Part shown: one piece after another, positions 47,301 through 57,140 of the stretch
Layout: each line of letters opens with the position of its first letter
Position numbering within the stretch: the first letter of the stretch is position 1
Source: Bacteriovoracia bacterium
GTDB lineage: Bacteria; Bdellovibrionota; UBA1018; CAIPTA01
Length of the DNA stretch: 64,000 nucleotides
Assembly: GCA_050246755.1 (NCBI GenBank)
Contig: JBFWVL010000002.1
Span: 224,001-288,000 of the forward strand
Reading direction: 5' to 3'
Made by a program: the position numbers and the translations under genes
Notes under the pieces: model-generated
What the model saw: the letters and a program-made list of their open reading frames with translations, nothing else
The model's database searches: none
Told to the model about the DNA's origin: nothing

Positions 47301-48563
47301 ATGCAAAATGCGGAAGCCAAGCGCGCCTTGAAGCTCGCGAGCATCGTGATTGCCGGGGCGCTCTTAGAGTGGCTCGGCGCCACGAATTATCTCTGGGTTT
47401 TTCCGCTCGTATTCCCGGGGCTGGGGCTCTGGCTACTGTTTGCGTGTGGAGACATTCTTCTTCTGCGCTCCGCCTTTTCGGGTATCGAGCAAGCGAGGCT
47501 TTTGCTGTGGGGCACCGGGCTTTCGCTCTTCGCGGCCTATGGGGGTTTTCCCCTAACCGGAGTTTTTCTCGTGCTGGCTCCGGCGGCACTATGGGCTTTG
47601 AGCCGCCATGGCAATCGCATTTTATTAAAAGCCGCAGTGCCGGTTTTGTTTTTTATTTTTTTTCTCGGCCACGACGAGAATTTTTTTCACTGGAACCTCG
47701 ACCAAAAAAATCTGGGCTGGAGATTTTCGGTGCACCTGGTGGCGCTCTTCGCATTCTTTCGCGCTTGTTCCTGGCTGGCGGCGGTGGCCGGCCGGGGAGA
47801 GCGCCCCTCTTTTACCGCCACGATGGAATATTTCATTGCGCCGGCTTTCTGGCTTAGTCCGCTCCACGCCAGCCACCTGATTTGGGCGCGGATGCAGGAG
47901 GAAACCCACGAAGAGGGCGATGCTTTTCTCTGGATCGTCCGCGGGCTTTTTCACGCGGTTTGTTTGAGTCTGGTCTGCCGCTTGGCCCTGCCTTGGCTGG
48001 GCGGGCTCTACGGCGGGGGAATAAAACAGATTTTTTGGTACGAATGGCTCAGCCTCGGGCCCGTGCTCTTTTTGCTGGCCTATCTGGATAAATCCCAGGT
48101 GTCCTATTTGGTGGCGGGTTTTCTCCGCCTCTCGGGAAAAAATATCGAGCCCGATTTTCGCTCTCCCTGGCTCGCCTTCGATCTCCTCGACTACTGGCGT
48201 CGCTTTCACTACTGGCTCTGGGAATTTTACATGGATGTTCTCTACCCGATCCTACTCGTGCCCTTATCGAGGAGAATGCGGGCCGAGTTCGCGTTGCCGC
48301 TAGCCCTTTTTTTTTCTTTTTCCCTTGGCACCGGCTCCGGGCATTTCCTTTCCTACCGCGCGGGCTTGGGCATGAGCCTCGCGCTCGGGGCGTTTTTTGG
48401 CTTGGCCACGATGCTGCACTATTATCTGCGCTTGCCCTTAAAATCCCGCTGGATTGGTATTCCGGCCACTTGGCTCACGATTTTTCTGTTATATTCCCTA
48501 GCCTATCCCGTATTCGGGCTCGGCTGGGGCTTCGCGGAGTTCCGCCAATTTTTTGGGAGCTAA
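47301..48563 (+). CDS. MBOAT-family acyltransferase
   Basis: RLSG..IEPDFRSPWLA.DLLDYWRRFH.WLWEF....LY. Confidence 0.75.
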   Translation: MQNAEAKRALKLASIVIAGALLEWLGATNYLWVFPLVFPGLGLWLLFACGDILLLRSAFSGIEQARLLLWGTGLSLFAAYGGFPLTGVFLVLAPAALWALSRHGNRILLKAAVPVLFFIFFLGHDENFFHWNLDQKNLGWRFSVHLVALFAFFRACSWLAAVAGRGERPSFTATMEYFIAPAFWLSPLHASHLIWARMQEETHEEGDAFLWIVRGLFHAVCLSLVCRLALPWLGGLYGGGIKQIFWYEWLSLGPVLFLLAYLDKSQVSYLVAGFLRLSGKNIEPDFRSPWLAFDLLDYWRRFHYWLWEFYMDVLYPILLVPLSRRMRAEFALPLALFFSFSLGTGSGHFLSYRAGLGMSLALGAFFGLATMLHYYLRLPLKSRWIGIPATWLTIFLLYSLAYPVFGLGWGFAEFRQFFGS

Positions 48564-48564
48564 A

Positions 48565-49323
48565 ATGCTGAAGGTAATCGAAGTGGCGGGAAAAGACGCC
48601 GCCGAATTTCTACATCGCGTAACGGCCGGAACCGTAAAAAAACTTACGGTGGGCCAGGGCGCGCCCGGGCTTTTGCTCAATGGGCAATCACGGATGATCG
48701 CGCAGTTCGATCTGCTGCGAGCTGAAAATTCCTACTGGCTCGTAGCCCCGGAGGAATGTGCCGGTGCACTAACGGATAACCTAGAGCGCTTGCATTTTTC
48801 CGAAGAGCTGGAAATTCGGAGCCTGCCAGAAAGTGTTTCGGTGGTGAGGGGGGAAGGCAACGCCGAACGGGGAAAAATCTTTTCCTGGGCCACCACCGAA
48901 GCCGGTAAGCGCTGGGCTAGCGGAGCCGAGGATTTTTATTTTCAGCAGAGCAATCTGGCCATCGATCCCGAGTGGGATTTTGCCCGCATCGGCGCCGGAT
49001 TGCCCTGGCCCATAAAAGATTGGGACGAAAGCACTCCCGCGCTCGAAGCCAGCCAGCTCCACGCGATCGACCGAGAAAAGGGCTGCTACCCCGGCCAGGA
49101 AGTGGTGGAGCTTTCGCTCAACGTGGGGCATCCGGTGCGTGTATTGATCGCGGTGGAAGGGGAAGCGGAGCTCATTTCCGGAGAAAAAATCGCGCTGGTT
49201 CCTCACGGTGAAGGAAAAGTTTGTTCTGTGGCCGTGCGCGGCAATATCACCCGCGCACTGGTGCGTGTCCCCTGGAGCGCCCGGGAATCGGCGCCAGCTA
49301 ATTTTCGTAAAATTCGGGGGTAG
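48565..49323 (+). CDS. ygfZ: YgfZ/GcvT-like folate-binding protein
   Basis: V.G.DA..FL, KGCYPGQE signature. Confidence 0.8.
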   Translation: MLKVIEVAGKDAAEFLHRVTAGTVKKLTVGQGAPGLLLNGQSRMIAQFDLLRAENSYWLVAPEECAGALTDNLERLHFSEELEIRSLPESVSVVRGEGNAERGKIFSWATTEAGKRWASGAEDFYFQQSNLAIDPEWDFARIGAGLPWPIKDWDESTPALEASQLHAIDREKGCYPGQEVVELSLNVGHPVRVLIAVEGEAELISGEKIALVPHGEGKVCSVAVRGNITRALVRVPWSARESAPANFRKIRG

Positions 49324-49371
49324 CGCGGAGCCGCTCCCAAAGTTACAATAGCGTTAGGGGAGACGCATCGA

Positions 49372-49671
49372 ATGCCGCAAGTAAAAGTGAAGCACGCTAT
49401 CGCCGGGGAAAAGAAAAAAGTATTTGCCGCGGTGAAATCCTACCTCCAGGGCCGCGATACTCTCTCGAAGCTCGGAGCCGATATCGAGTGGGACGATAAA
49501 TCCTGCTCCGCCGAAATTTCCGGCGGAAGTTTCGAGGGCAATCTCGCCGTTACCGAAAAAAGCGGCAAATCCGAAGTCGAGATCACTATCCAGCTGCCCC
49601 TCCTCATGACCCCCTTCAAGGGCAAGGTGGAAGAGGAGCTGAAGAAGCATCTAGGGCGCGTGGAAGTTTAG
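49372..49671 (+). CDS. Polyhydroxyalkanoic acid system (PHA_gran_rgn) family protein
   Basis: MP...V.H N-terminus; LPLLMTPFKGKVEEEL C-terminus. Confidence 0.7.
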   Translation: MPQVKVKHAIAGEKKKVFAAVKSYLQGRDTLSKLGADIEWDDKSCSAEISGGSFEGNLAVTEKSGKSEVEITIQLPLLMTPFKGKVEEELKKHLGRVEV

Positions 49672-51209
49672 TTCATCTCCACGGTCTTTAAATCCAGCTT
49701 ATCCAATGCATTCAGCTTCAGCCCTTTTACGGTGGGCGAAACCAGCACGTTCAACGAATCGATGAAAAGGGGGATGATCACCACGTCTTTCTCGAGGAGC
49801 ATGGCCTGTGCATTTTTGTACATCGCGAGGCGCTTGGCCATATTGCTTTCACCGGCTGCGGATTCTACGAGTTTGTCGAACTCTTTGCTCTTCCAGTTCG
49901 TATGGTTATTGTCGCTGTAGGACGTGAAGAGATCGAGGAAGTTATTCGGGTCCGGGTAGTCGGCGCCCCAGCCCATGCGGAACATCGCGGGCACGTCGGT
50001 CTTGAGGCGGTTGAGGTAAACCTTCCAGTCTTCGTTCTGGGCGCGCAGGTGCACGCCGAGGTTGGTCTGCCACATCGATTGTAAGCGCTCGGCGATCACT
50101 TTATTATCGTCGCGGGTATCGAACATGAACGTCACTTCCGGGAAGCCCTTACCGCCCGGGAAACCAGCATCGGCCAAAAGTTTTTGGGCTTTCTTTACAT
50201 CGAATCCGAGGCCGATATTGGGCTCGTAGCCCGGCATTCCTTTGGGGACCCAGCTGGTGGTGGGCAGCTGTCCGCCTTTGAGCAAACTCACGATTTGCGA
50301 GCGGTCGATGGCGTGGGCGAAGGCTTGGCGCACGCGCACGTCCTTGAACGGGGCTTTGTCGATATTGAAGCCGTAGTAGTAGCCGCGCAGGAAGGGAGCA
50401 TTGCGGTAGGCGGGGCTAGCTTTTAGGCGCTCGATCTCGAGGGCGGGGAGGCGGGAGACATAATGGAGCGAGCCGCTCTCGAACATATTGATGGCGGTGG
50501 TGTCCTCGTTCACGATGTAGGCGTTCACCTTTTGGAGCTTCGGGGCTCCGCCGTAGTATTTGGCGTTGGGTAGGAGCACTACTTTCGAATCATGCTTCCA
50601 CTCGCCGAGCGTGAAGGCGCCGCTGGTCACCAGCTTGCCTGGGTCCGTCCATTTATTGCCGTATTTCTCGATCAAATCTTTTCGGATCGGAAAGGTAACG
50701 GTGAAGGTAGGGATGGTGGGAAAAAAGGCGGCTGGCTTAGTGAGCGTGACGACGAAAGTTTTATCATTCACGGCTTTGAAGCCGAGCTTCGAGGAATCCT
50801 TTAACTTTCCTTCGTTGTATTCCTTGGCGCCCACCACGGAAAAAAGAAAATAGGAATATTCCGAAGCCGTTTTCGGATTCAGGAGGCGTTCCCAGGAATC
50901 CCAGAAGTGCTGGGCGGTGAGGGGAGTGCCGTCGCTCCACACGAGGTTATCCCGCAAGGTATAGGTATAGGTTTTTCCGTCTTTGGAAACAGCCCAGCTT
51001 TTTGCCAGGGCGGGTTTGGGCTGGAGTTTGTCATCGTAATTGGCAAGCCCATCCATGAGATTTTGGAGAAGGGTGATCGAAACGTTATCGGTGGCGAGAG
51101 TCCAGTCCAGCGTGGGCGGCTCAGAGTGAATGCGAAGGTTGAACTCCTGTTTTGCGGCAAGAGCGTTGAGCGAAACAATGGCGGCCAAGATGATCAAAAT
51201 ATTCTTCAC
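49668..51209 (-). CDS. Oligopeptide ABC transporter substrate-binding protein (OppA-like)
   Basis: EPPTLD, PALAKSW, WSDGTPLTA, GWGADYPDP. Confidence 0.92.
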   Translation of the reverse strand: MKNILIILAAIVSLNALAAKQEFNLRIHSEPPTLDWTLATDNVSITLLQNLMDGLANYDDKLQPKPALAKSWAVSKDGKTYTYTLRDNLVWSDGTPLTAQHFWDSWERLLNPKTASEYSYFLFSVVGAKEYNEGKLKDSSKLGFKAVNDKTFVVTLTKPAAFFPTIPTFTVTFPIRKDLIEKYGNKWTDPGKLVTSGAFTLGEWKHDSKVVLLPNAKYYGGAPKLQKVNAYIVNEDTTAINMFESGSLHYVSRLPALEIERLKASPAYRNAPFLRGYYYGFNIDKAPFKDVRVRQAFAHAIDRSQIVSLLKGGQLPTTSWVPKGMPGYEPNIGLGFDVKKAQKLLADAGFPGGKGFPEVTFMFDTRDDNKVIAERLQSMWQTNLGVHLRAQNEDWKVYLNRLKTDVPAMFRMGWGADYPDPNNFLDLFTSYSDNNHTNWKSKEFDKLVESAAGESNMAKRLAMYKNAQAMLLEKDVVIIPLFIDSLNVLVSPTVKGLKLNALDKLDLKTVEMN

Positions 51210-51402
51210 GGGTTCTCCTCGTTGCGTTCAGCGCTCGATATCACCTTAGAACTCTGGAACAAGCAAAATTTTCTTTTGAAAAAAGAATTGAAAAATTCTT
51301 GCAAAGCCTCAGAAACTTTGTACGCTTAGGGTTGTCAGAGGATGTAAGGGCTTACAACAACGAAATGGATTTCGTTCAAACGGCTCTTACTGGTGGGGGA
51401 AT

Positions 51403-51630
51403 ATGGGAAATAAATTATTTAGTGAAGTGACGGAGCTCACGGGCCTGCCCGAGGAGCTGATTGGCGCAGAGCTAAAATCTCTGCTCGCGAACAAGGGCGT
51501 GGCGCCCGAGCAAATGACGATGGAAAGCCTGCGTGAAGCGCTCGCGGACTATCTCAACCAGGTGGTTACGGAAATGGGAGCGCTCGATGAAGACATGCTC
51601 GAGCTCAGCCCTGGTGTAAAAACCAATTAA
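51403..51630 (+). CDS. Small hypothetical protein
   Basis: TGLPEELI..EL...MTMESLREALADYL; GGGGGA RBS; downstream terminator. Confidence 0.75.
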   Translation: MGNKLFSEVTELTGLPEELIGAELKSLLANKGVAPEQMTMESLREALADYLNQVVTEMGALDEDMLELSPGVKTN

Positions 51631-51638
51631 TTCTTTTG

Positions 51639-51664
51639 ACCGCTCCAAAAGTGGGCGGTTTTTT
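51639..51664 (+). terminator. Rho-independent terminator
   Basis: ACCGCTC...GGGCGGT followed by a T tract. Confidence 0.6.
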
Positions 51665-51667
51665 CTT

Positions 51668-52123
51668 TTATAGCGCCCGCGAAATCTCGAAAATATTTCC
51701 CTCGAGGCAACGGAATCCGGCCTTCTCCAGCACGCGAATCGAGGCGAGATTTTCCGCGTCGGCTACCGCGCGCAGAGCGGGAAAGCGCGCCAGCCCATGC
51801 TTCACCAACAACGCAGATCCTTCCGTCGCGTATCCCTTGCCCCAAGCCCTTTGCGGTAGCATAAATCCCAGTTCCGGAACCGCGAACTCCGTCATCTTCA
51901 GCATGAACCAGCCCACGAGCACGCCAGAAGATTCCGCTCCCCAAACGCCGAGATCGTCGTCGGTAGCGGCCAATAATTTCTCGAGTCGCTCTTCCGTTTT
52001 AGCCCGCAACTGCGGCACGCGGAAACCCGTAAACTTCATCACTTCGGAATCGGTTTCAAGTTCAAGCAAGAAGGGCAGATCGGCCCGCGCAAACCGGCGC
52101 AGGACCAAGCGCGAACTCTTCAC
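51668..52123 (-). CDS. RimJ/RimL-family GNAT acetyltransferase
   Basis: RLVLR, ELGF...WGKGYATE, N.AS.RVLEKAGF. Confidence 0.9.
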   Translation of the reverse strand: MKSSRLVLRRFARADLPFLLELETDSEVMKFTGFRVPQLRAKTEERLEKLLAATDDDLGVWGAESSGVLVGWFMLKMTEFAVPELGFMLPQRAWGKGYATEGSALLVKHGLARFPALRAVADAENLASIRVLEKAGFRCLEGNIFEISRAL

Positions 52124-53142
52124 GGGGAGAGTTCTCCGGCCTCGGAAATGGCCAGCGCGGCCTCCGGTTCAGGGGTGCCCAGCATCGCCTCCGGCCAGTA
52201 TCCCTCGAACCACTCGCGCAGCGCCTTCGCCTCTTCGAAATGAAACACCGTCGCGCGCGCCTTCGCGCCCCCCTTGGTGCCCGCGATATACCAGCCGAGG
52301 TGCTTCTTCATCTGCACGAAGCCGAAACGTTCCGGCATATGCTGCGCGATCAAATCCAGGTGGCGCAGGATCACGCGAAATTTGTAGGCATGCTGCGCCT
52401 CGGGCGAAAGAAACTCGAACTCCGAATCGAAAACCCAAGGCTTACCCAAAGCCCCGCGGCCGATCATCACGGTCTTGCAGCCGGTCTCGGCCATCATGCG
52501 GCGGGCGTCGTCCCAGGTGCGTACGTCGCCGTTGCCCGTCACCGGAATTTTCACCGCGTCCACCACGAGCTTGATGATTTCCCAAGGGGCTTTGCCCGTA
52601 TATTGCTGCGAGCGGGTGCGCGGGTGAACCGCGATCGAATCCACGCCCTCGAGCTCCGCGATGCGGGCGATCGAAGGCGCATTAATCGTATGATCGTCCC
52701 AGCCGCCGCGGATTTTGATCGTGAAGGGGATAGAAATCGCCTTGCGGATTTCCCGAAAAACTTGCGCCGCCACGAGCTCGTCCCGCATCAGTGCGGAGCC
52801 TGCACCGGTCTTGGTAATTTTCGGAACTGGGCAGCCCATATTTAAATCAATGATGTCTGCGCCGCGATCCGCGAGGATCTTCGCGGCCTCGGCCAATACG
52901 CTCGCCTCTCCGCCGAATATCTGCATCGCGATCGGCGTTTCCTCGGGGAGATAGGCCGCCATGTCGAAGGTTCGTTCGTTGCCGTGCACGAGGGCTTTCG
53001 CGGAAATTTCTTCCGAGGTAGTGAGCGAAGACCCCAATTCTTTGCAGATGAGGCGGAAGGGCGTATTAGAAACGCCCGCCATCGGCGCTAGCCTACAGGG
53101 ACCGTGTAAGCTAACCGGACCTATTTGCATGTAATTCCGCAT
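52120..53142 (-). CDS. dusB: tRNA-dihydrouridine synthase
   Basis: LAPMAGV, IDLNMGCP, GAGSAL, KIRGGW, H.RT, GNGDV, MIGRG. Confidence 0.9.
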   Translation of the reverse strand: MRNYMQIGPVSLHGPCRLAPMAGVSNTPFRLICKELGSSLTTSEEISAKALVHGNERTFDMAAYLPEETPIAMQIFGGEASVLAEAAKILADRGADIIDLNMGCPVPKITKTGAGSALMRDELVAAQVFREIRKAISIPFTIKIRGGWDDHTINAPSIARIAELEGVDSIAVHPRTRSQQYTGKAPWEIIKLVVDAVKIPVTGNGDVRTWDDARRMMAETGCKTVMIGRGALGKPWVFDSEFEFLSPEAQHAYKFRVILRHLDLIAQHMPERFGFVQMKKHLGWYIAGTKGGAKARATVFHFEEAKALREWFEGYWPEAMLGTPEPEAALAISEAGELSP

Positions 53143-53273
53143 AGTGCGGTAAACTAGCCCGGCTTTTTGCTTGGTGTCAATTTCGAAGGTTAGGGTAGAA
53201 TGAAAAATGGCTTAACCGCCTGGTTGACCGTTCCGATAGGAATAATGAGTTAGTGAACTAAGGAGAGAGCACC

Positions 53274-53905
53274 GTGAGCGACGAAAGAACCTATCCTTCC
53301 CTGCACATCCCAAACCCTATCGTAATTGAGCAGACGCCTAGGGGAGAACGTCAGTACGACATTTATTCCCGCCTCATGCTCGACCGGATCATTTTCCTCG
53401 GCACCGAGGTAAACGATACCGTATCGAACCTCCTGATCGCCCAGATGCTCTTCCTGGAAAGTAACGACTCCGAGCGCGACATTCATTTTTATATCAATAG
53501 CCCGGGCGGATCCGTATCCGCCGGTCTCGCGATCTACGACGTAATGAAGTACGTAAAATGCGATATCAATACCTACTGTATCGGGATGGCCGCTTCGATG
53601 GGAGCCTTCCTGCTCTCCGCGGGCACCAAGGGCAAGCGCTATTCGCTACCTAATTCCCGCATCATGATCCACCAACCGCTAGGCGGCGCTCGCGGGCAAG
53701 CTTCCGATATCGAGATCCAGGCTAAAGAGATTCTTTTCCTCAAGAGACGCCTCAACGAGATGCTCGCCGAGCATACCGGCCAGCCGATTTCGAAGATCGA
53801 ACAAGACACCGACCGCGACAATTACATGAGCGGCGACGAAGCGGCCAAATACGGCCTCGTGGATAAAGTTCTCAAACGTCACGACGTGAACTCGAAGGAG
53901 AAGCT

Positions 53906-53909
<4 letters not shown>
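53274..53909 (+). CDS. clpP: ATP-dependent Clp protease proteolytic subunit
   Basis: DIYSRL, YINSPGG, AASMG, MIHQP, DTDRD. Confidence 0.98.
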
Positions 53910-55219
<1,310 letters not shown>

Positions 55220-55230
55220 GTTTCAAATTG

Positions 55231-55263
55231 GCCGGAACCCTAGTAGGGGTTCCGGCTTTTTTT
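55231..55263 (+). terminator. Rho-independent terminator of clpPX
   Basis: GCCGGAACCC/GGGTTCCGGC 10-bp stem plus T7. Confidence 0.88.
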
Positions 55264-55286
55264 ATGCCTGAATAGAAGGGGATTTT

Positions 55287-55754
55287 ATGCTGTTTGTTTC
55301 TCTCTTGATCGCCACCGTGAGTTTCGCCGCCGCGCCGAAATTCGAAGGTATTTATTCCCAGGCGATGCAGTACCGCATGGGTATGAGCGATTCCGACTGC
55401 GCCCAAGCCGGGGGTAAGTTCGAGGAGGGCGGTTGCCGCCTCGTGGGTACCAATACCTTGCAGATCCAGGATACCGGCGACGGGAAGAACTTTAACGTTT
55501 CCTTCGCGATCCAAGGCTCCAGCGGAAACGAATGCAGCGCCGAGCTGCTCATGAAAGCCAAAGGAAATAAGTTAATCCCCAGCGCTAAGCTAAAGGGCGC
55601 TTCCGCCGGGCATAAGCTCACGCTGGTGCTCAAAGGCGACGAGCTCGAGGTGCAGGAAAAGCTTGGCGCCGCGGAGCTTGAGGAGAATCATTCTCCCGGA
55701 TGCGGAGTAGATTCTTTCCTCAGCGGCAACGGCCATAAGTTCGAGCGCAATTAG
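55287..55754 (+). CDS. Secreted hypothetical protein
   Basis: Signal peptide; four Cys. Confidence 0.7.
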   Translation: MLFVSLLIATVSFAAAPKFEGIYSQAMQYRMGMSDSDCAQAGGKFEEGGCRLVGTNTLQIQDTGDGKNFNVSFAIQGSSGNECSAELLMKAKGNKLIPSAKLKGASAGHKLTLVLKGDELEVQEKLGAAELEENHSPGCGVDSFLSGNGHKFERN

Positions 55755-55761
55755 TACCGTC

Positions 55762-55791
55762 TTGACAGGGGAGGCCCTTCCGCACTAAGTT
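55762..55791 (+). promoter_or_regulatory. Sigma70 promoter of rpoZ
   Basis: TTGACA-N18-TAAGTT upstream of the GGAG RBS. Confidence 0.5.
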
Positions 55792-55822
55792 CGGTTAAAC
55801 CGTACTTTAGGGAGTAAGCCAC

Positions 55823-56068
55823 ATGGCCCGCGTTACCGTAGAAGATTGCCTTCGCTTTGTTCGTAACCGCTACGAGCTCGTTCACCTGTGCACCAAGCGC
55901 ACCCGCCAGCTTTTCCGCGGCGCGGATCGCCTTGTGCAGTGCAAAAATAACGAAGTAGTGACTGCCCTCCGCGAAATCGCCGCTGGCAAAGTACGCTTCC
56001 AAATCTTCGAAGCCCGCACCGCGGCCGCTGCCGAAGAAGCCAATCCCACTTCTACCCTGACCCAGTGA
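55823..56068 (+). CDS. rpoZ: RNA polymerase omega subunit
   Basis: MARVTVEDCL...NRYELV...KR.RQL...ALREIA.G. Confidence 0.95.
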   Translation: MARVTVEDCLRFVRNRYELVHLCTKRTRQLFRGADRLVQCKNNEVVTALREIAAGKVRFQIFEARTAAAAEEANPTSTLTQ

Positions 56069-57072
56069 AATTCCTTGGTCTCCTGATCTTAGGCTTCTCT
56101 CTTACGGCAATGGCCGCAGAGAAGCCTAAAGCTCCCGCTACGCCTTCCACGCCTGCCATTCCTTACCTCGGCCCCGGCGCCGATAAAATGTCGGCCGAAG
56201 AGTACGAGCGCGTTTATAAGAACTATATTCAAACGAGCATTCTGCTCGGATATCCCCTGATCCGCGACCAACGGGCCCCCTGCGACCAAGCTCTCAACGC
56301 CATCTTCCGTCAAATGGGAATGTTCTCCTATCCCGTGCCGGGCGACGCCCAGCAATTAGTGAAGCACACGAAAACCGTAAAAGGCTTTAAGGTAGAGACC
56401 TATGAAATGGGCGGCAGCCTCATCCAAGTTCTACGCGACGGAAAAAAAGAAGGGCTCCTAAAGCTCATCCTCGTGAACTCCGCTTCATCCCGCGCTTCCC
56501 GCAAGCTTTCCCAGATCGCCCGCAACGATATCATCGATCTTGAGCGCGATCCCAAAACCGGCCTCGAGCGCGTGAAGGGCGTACCGGTAGGTTTCCCGCA
56601 TCCCTTTCTTTCGAAAGAAGCCCAGGGGCTTTTTGTGAAAACCCTGCGCTTCAACGGCAAGGTGGATGGCTGCGAGCCCGTTGAGTTCCTCGACAACGCC
56701 TGGGTAGGGGGCTTCGAGCTCAGTGAAGCGCGCTGCGTGGAGCTCCAGGACGATGCCAGGAAAGTATGGGACGCGCGCATGAGCACCGAGGATTTCTATA
56801 AGCGTGAACTTACGCGCATGCGCGACAAAGGCGTGAAGGAAGCCATGAAGGGCGGCCTCAAGGAAGACGAAGCCCGTGAGCTGGTAAACAAACACTATAC
56901 GTTGCCGATCACGAGTGAGATCAGCGTGGTGGGTTCGGCCATGCAGAACCTGGCCCAGTGCAATCTCGTGGCGCTGGGGCACGCGGGAGCTAAGCCCAAA
57001 GAAGGCGCACCGGCCGGTTCCGGTGATGGCAATAAAGACGGCGCGGCCAAGGGTTCGGGGTCGGCGGAGTAG
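56065..57072 (+). CDS. Secreted hypothetical protein, coupled to rpoZ
   Basis: GTGA overlap; signal peptide MKFLGLLILGFSLTAMA. Confidence 0.8.
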   Translation: MKFLGLLILGFSLTAMAAEKPKAPATPSTPAIPYLGPGADKMSAEEYERVYKNYIQTSILLGYPLIRDQRAPCDQALNAIFRQMGMFSYPVPGDAQQLVKHTKTVKGFKVETYEMGGSLIQVLRDGKKEGLLKLILVNSASSRASRKLSQIARNDIIDLERDPKTGLERVKGVPVGFPHPFLSKEAQGLFVKTLRFNGKVDGCEPVEFLDNAWVGGFELSEARCVELQDDARKVWDARMSTEDFYKRELTRMRDKGVKEAMKGGLKEDEARELVNKHYTLPITSEISVVGSAMQNLAQCNLVALGHAGAKPKEGAPAGSGDGNKDGAAKGSGSAE

Positions 57073-57140
57073 CTTTTCCGCCTGTGCGCCCATTAATACT
57101 GGATTTTTACGCAGCGCTTAGCCGGCGCCGGAGTCGTCCC

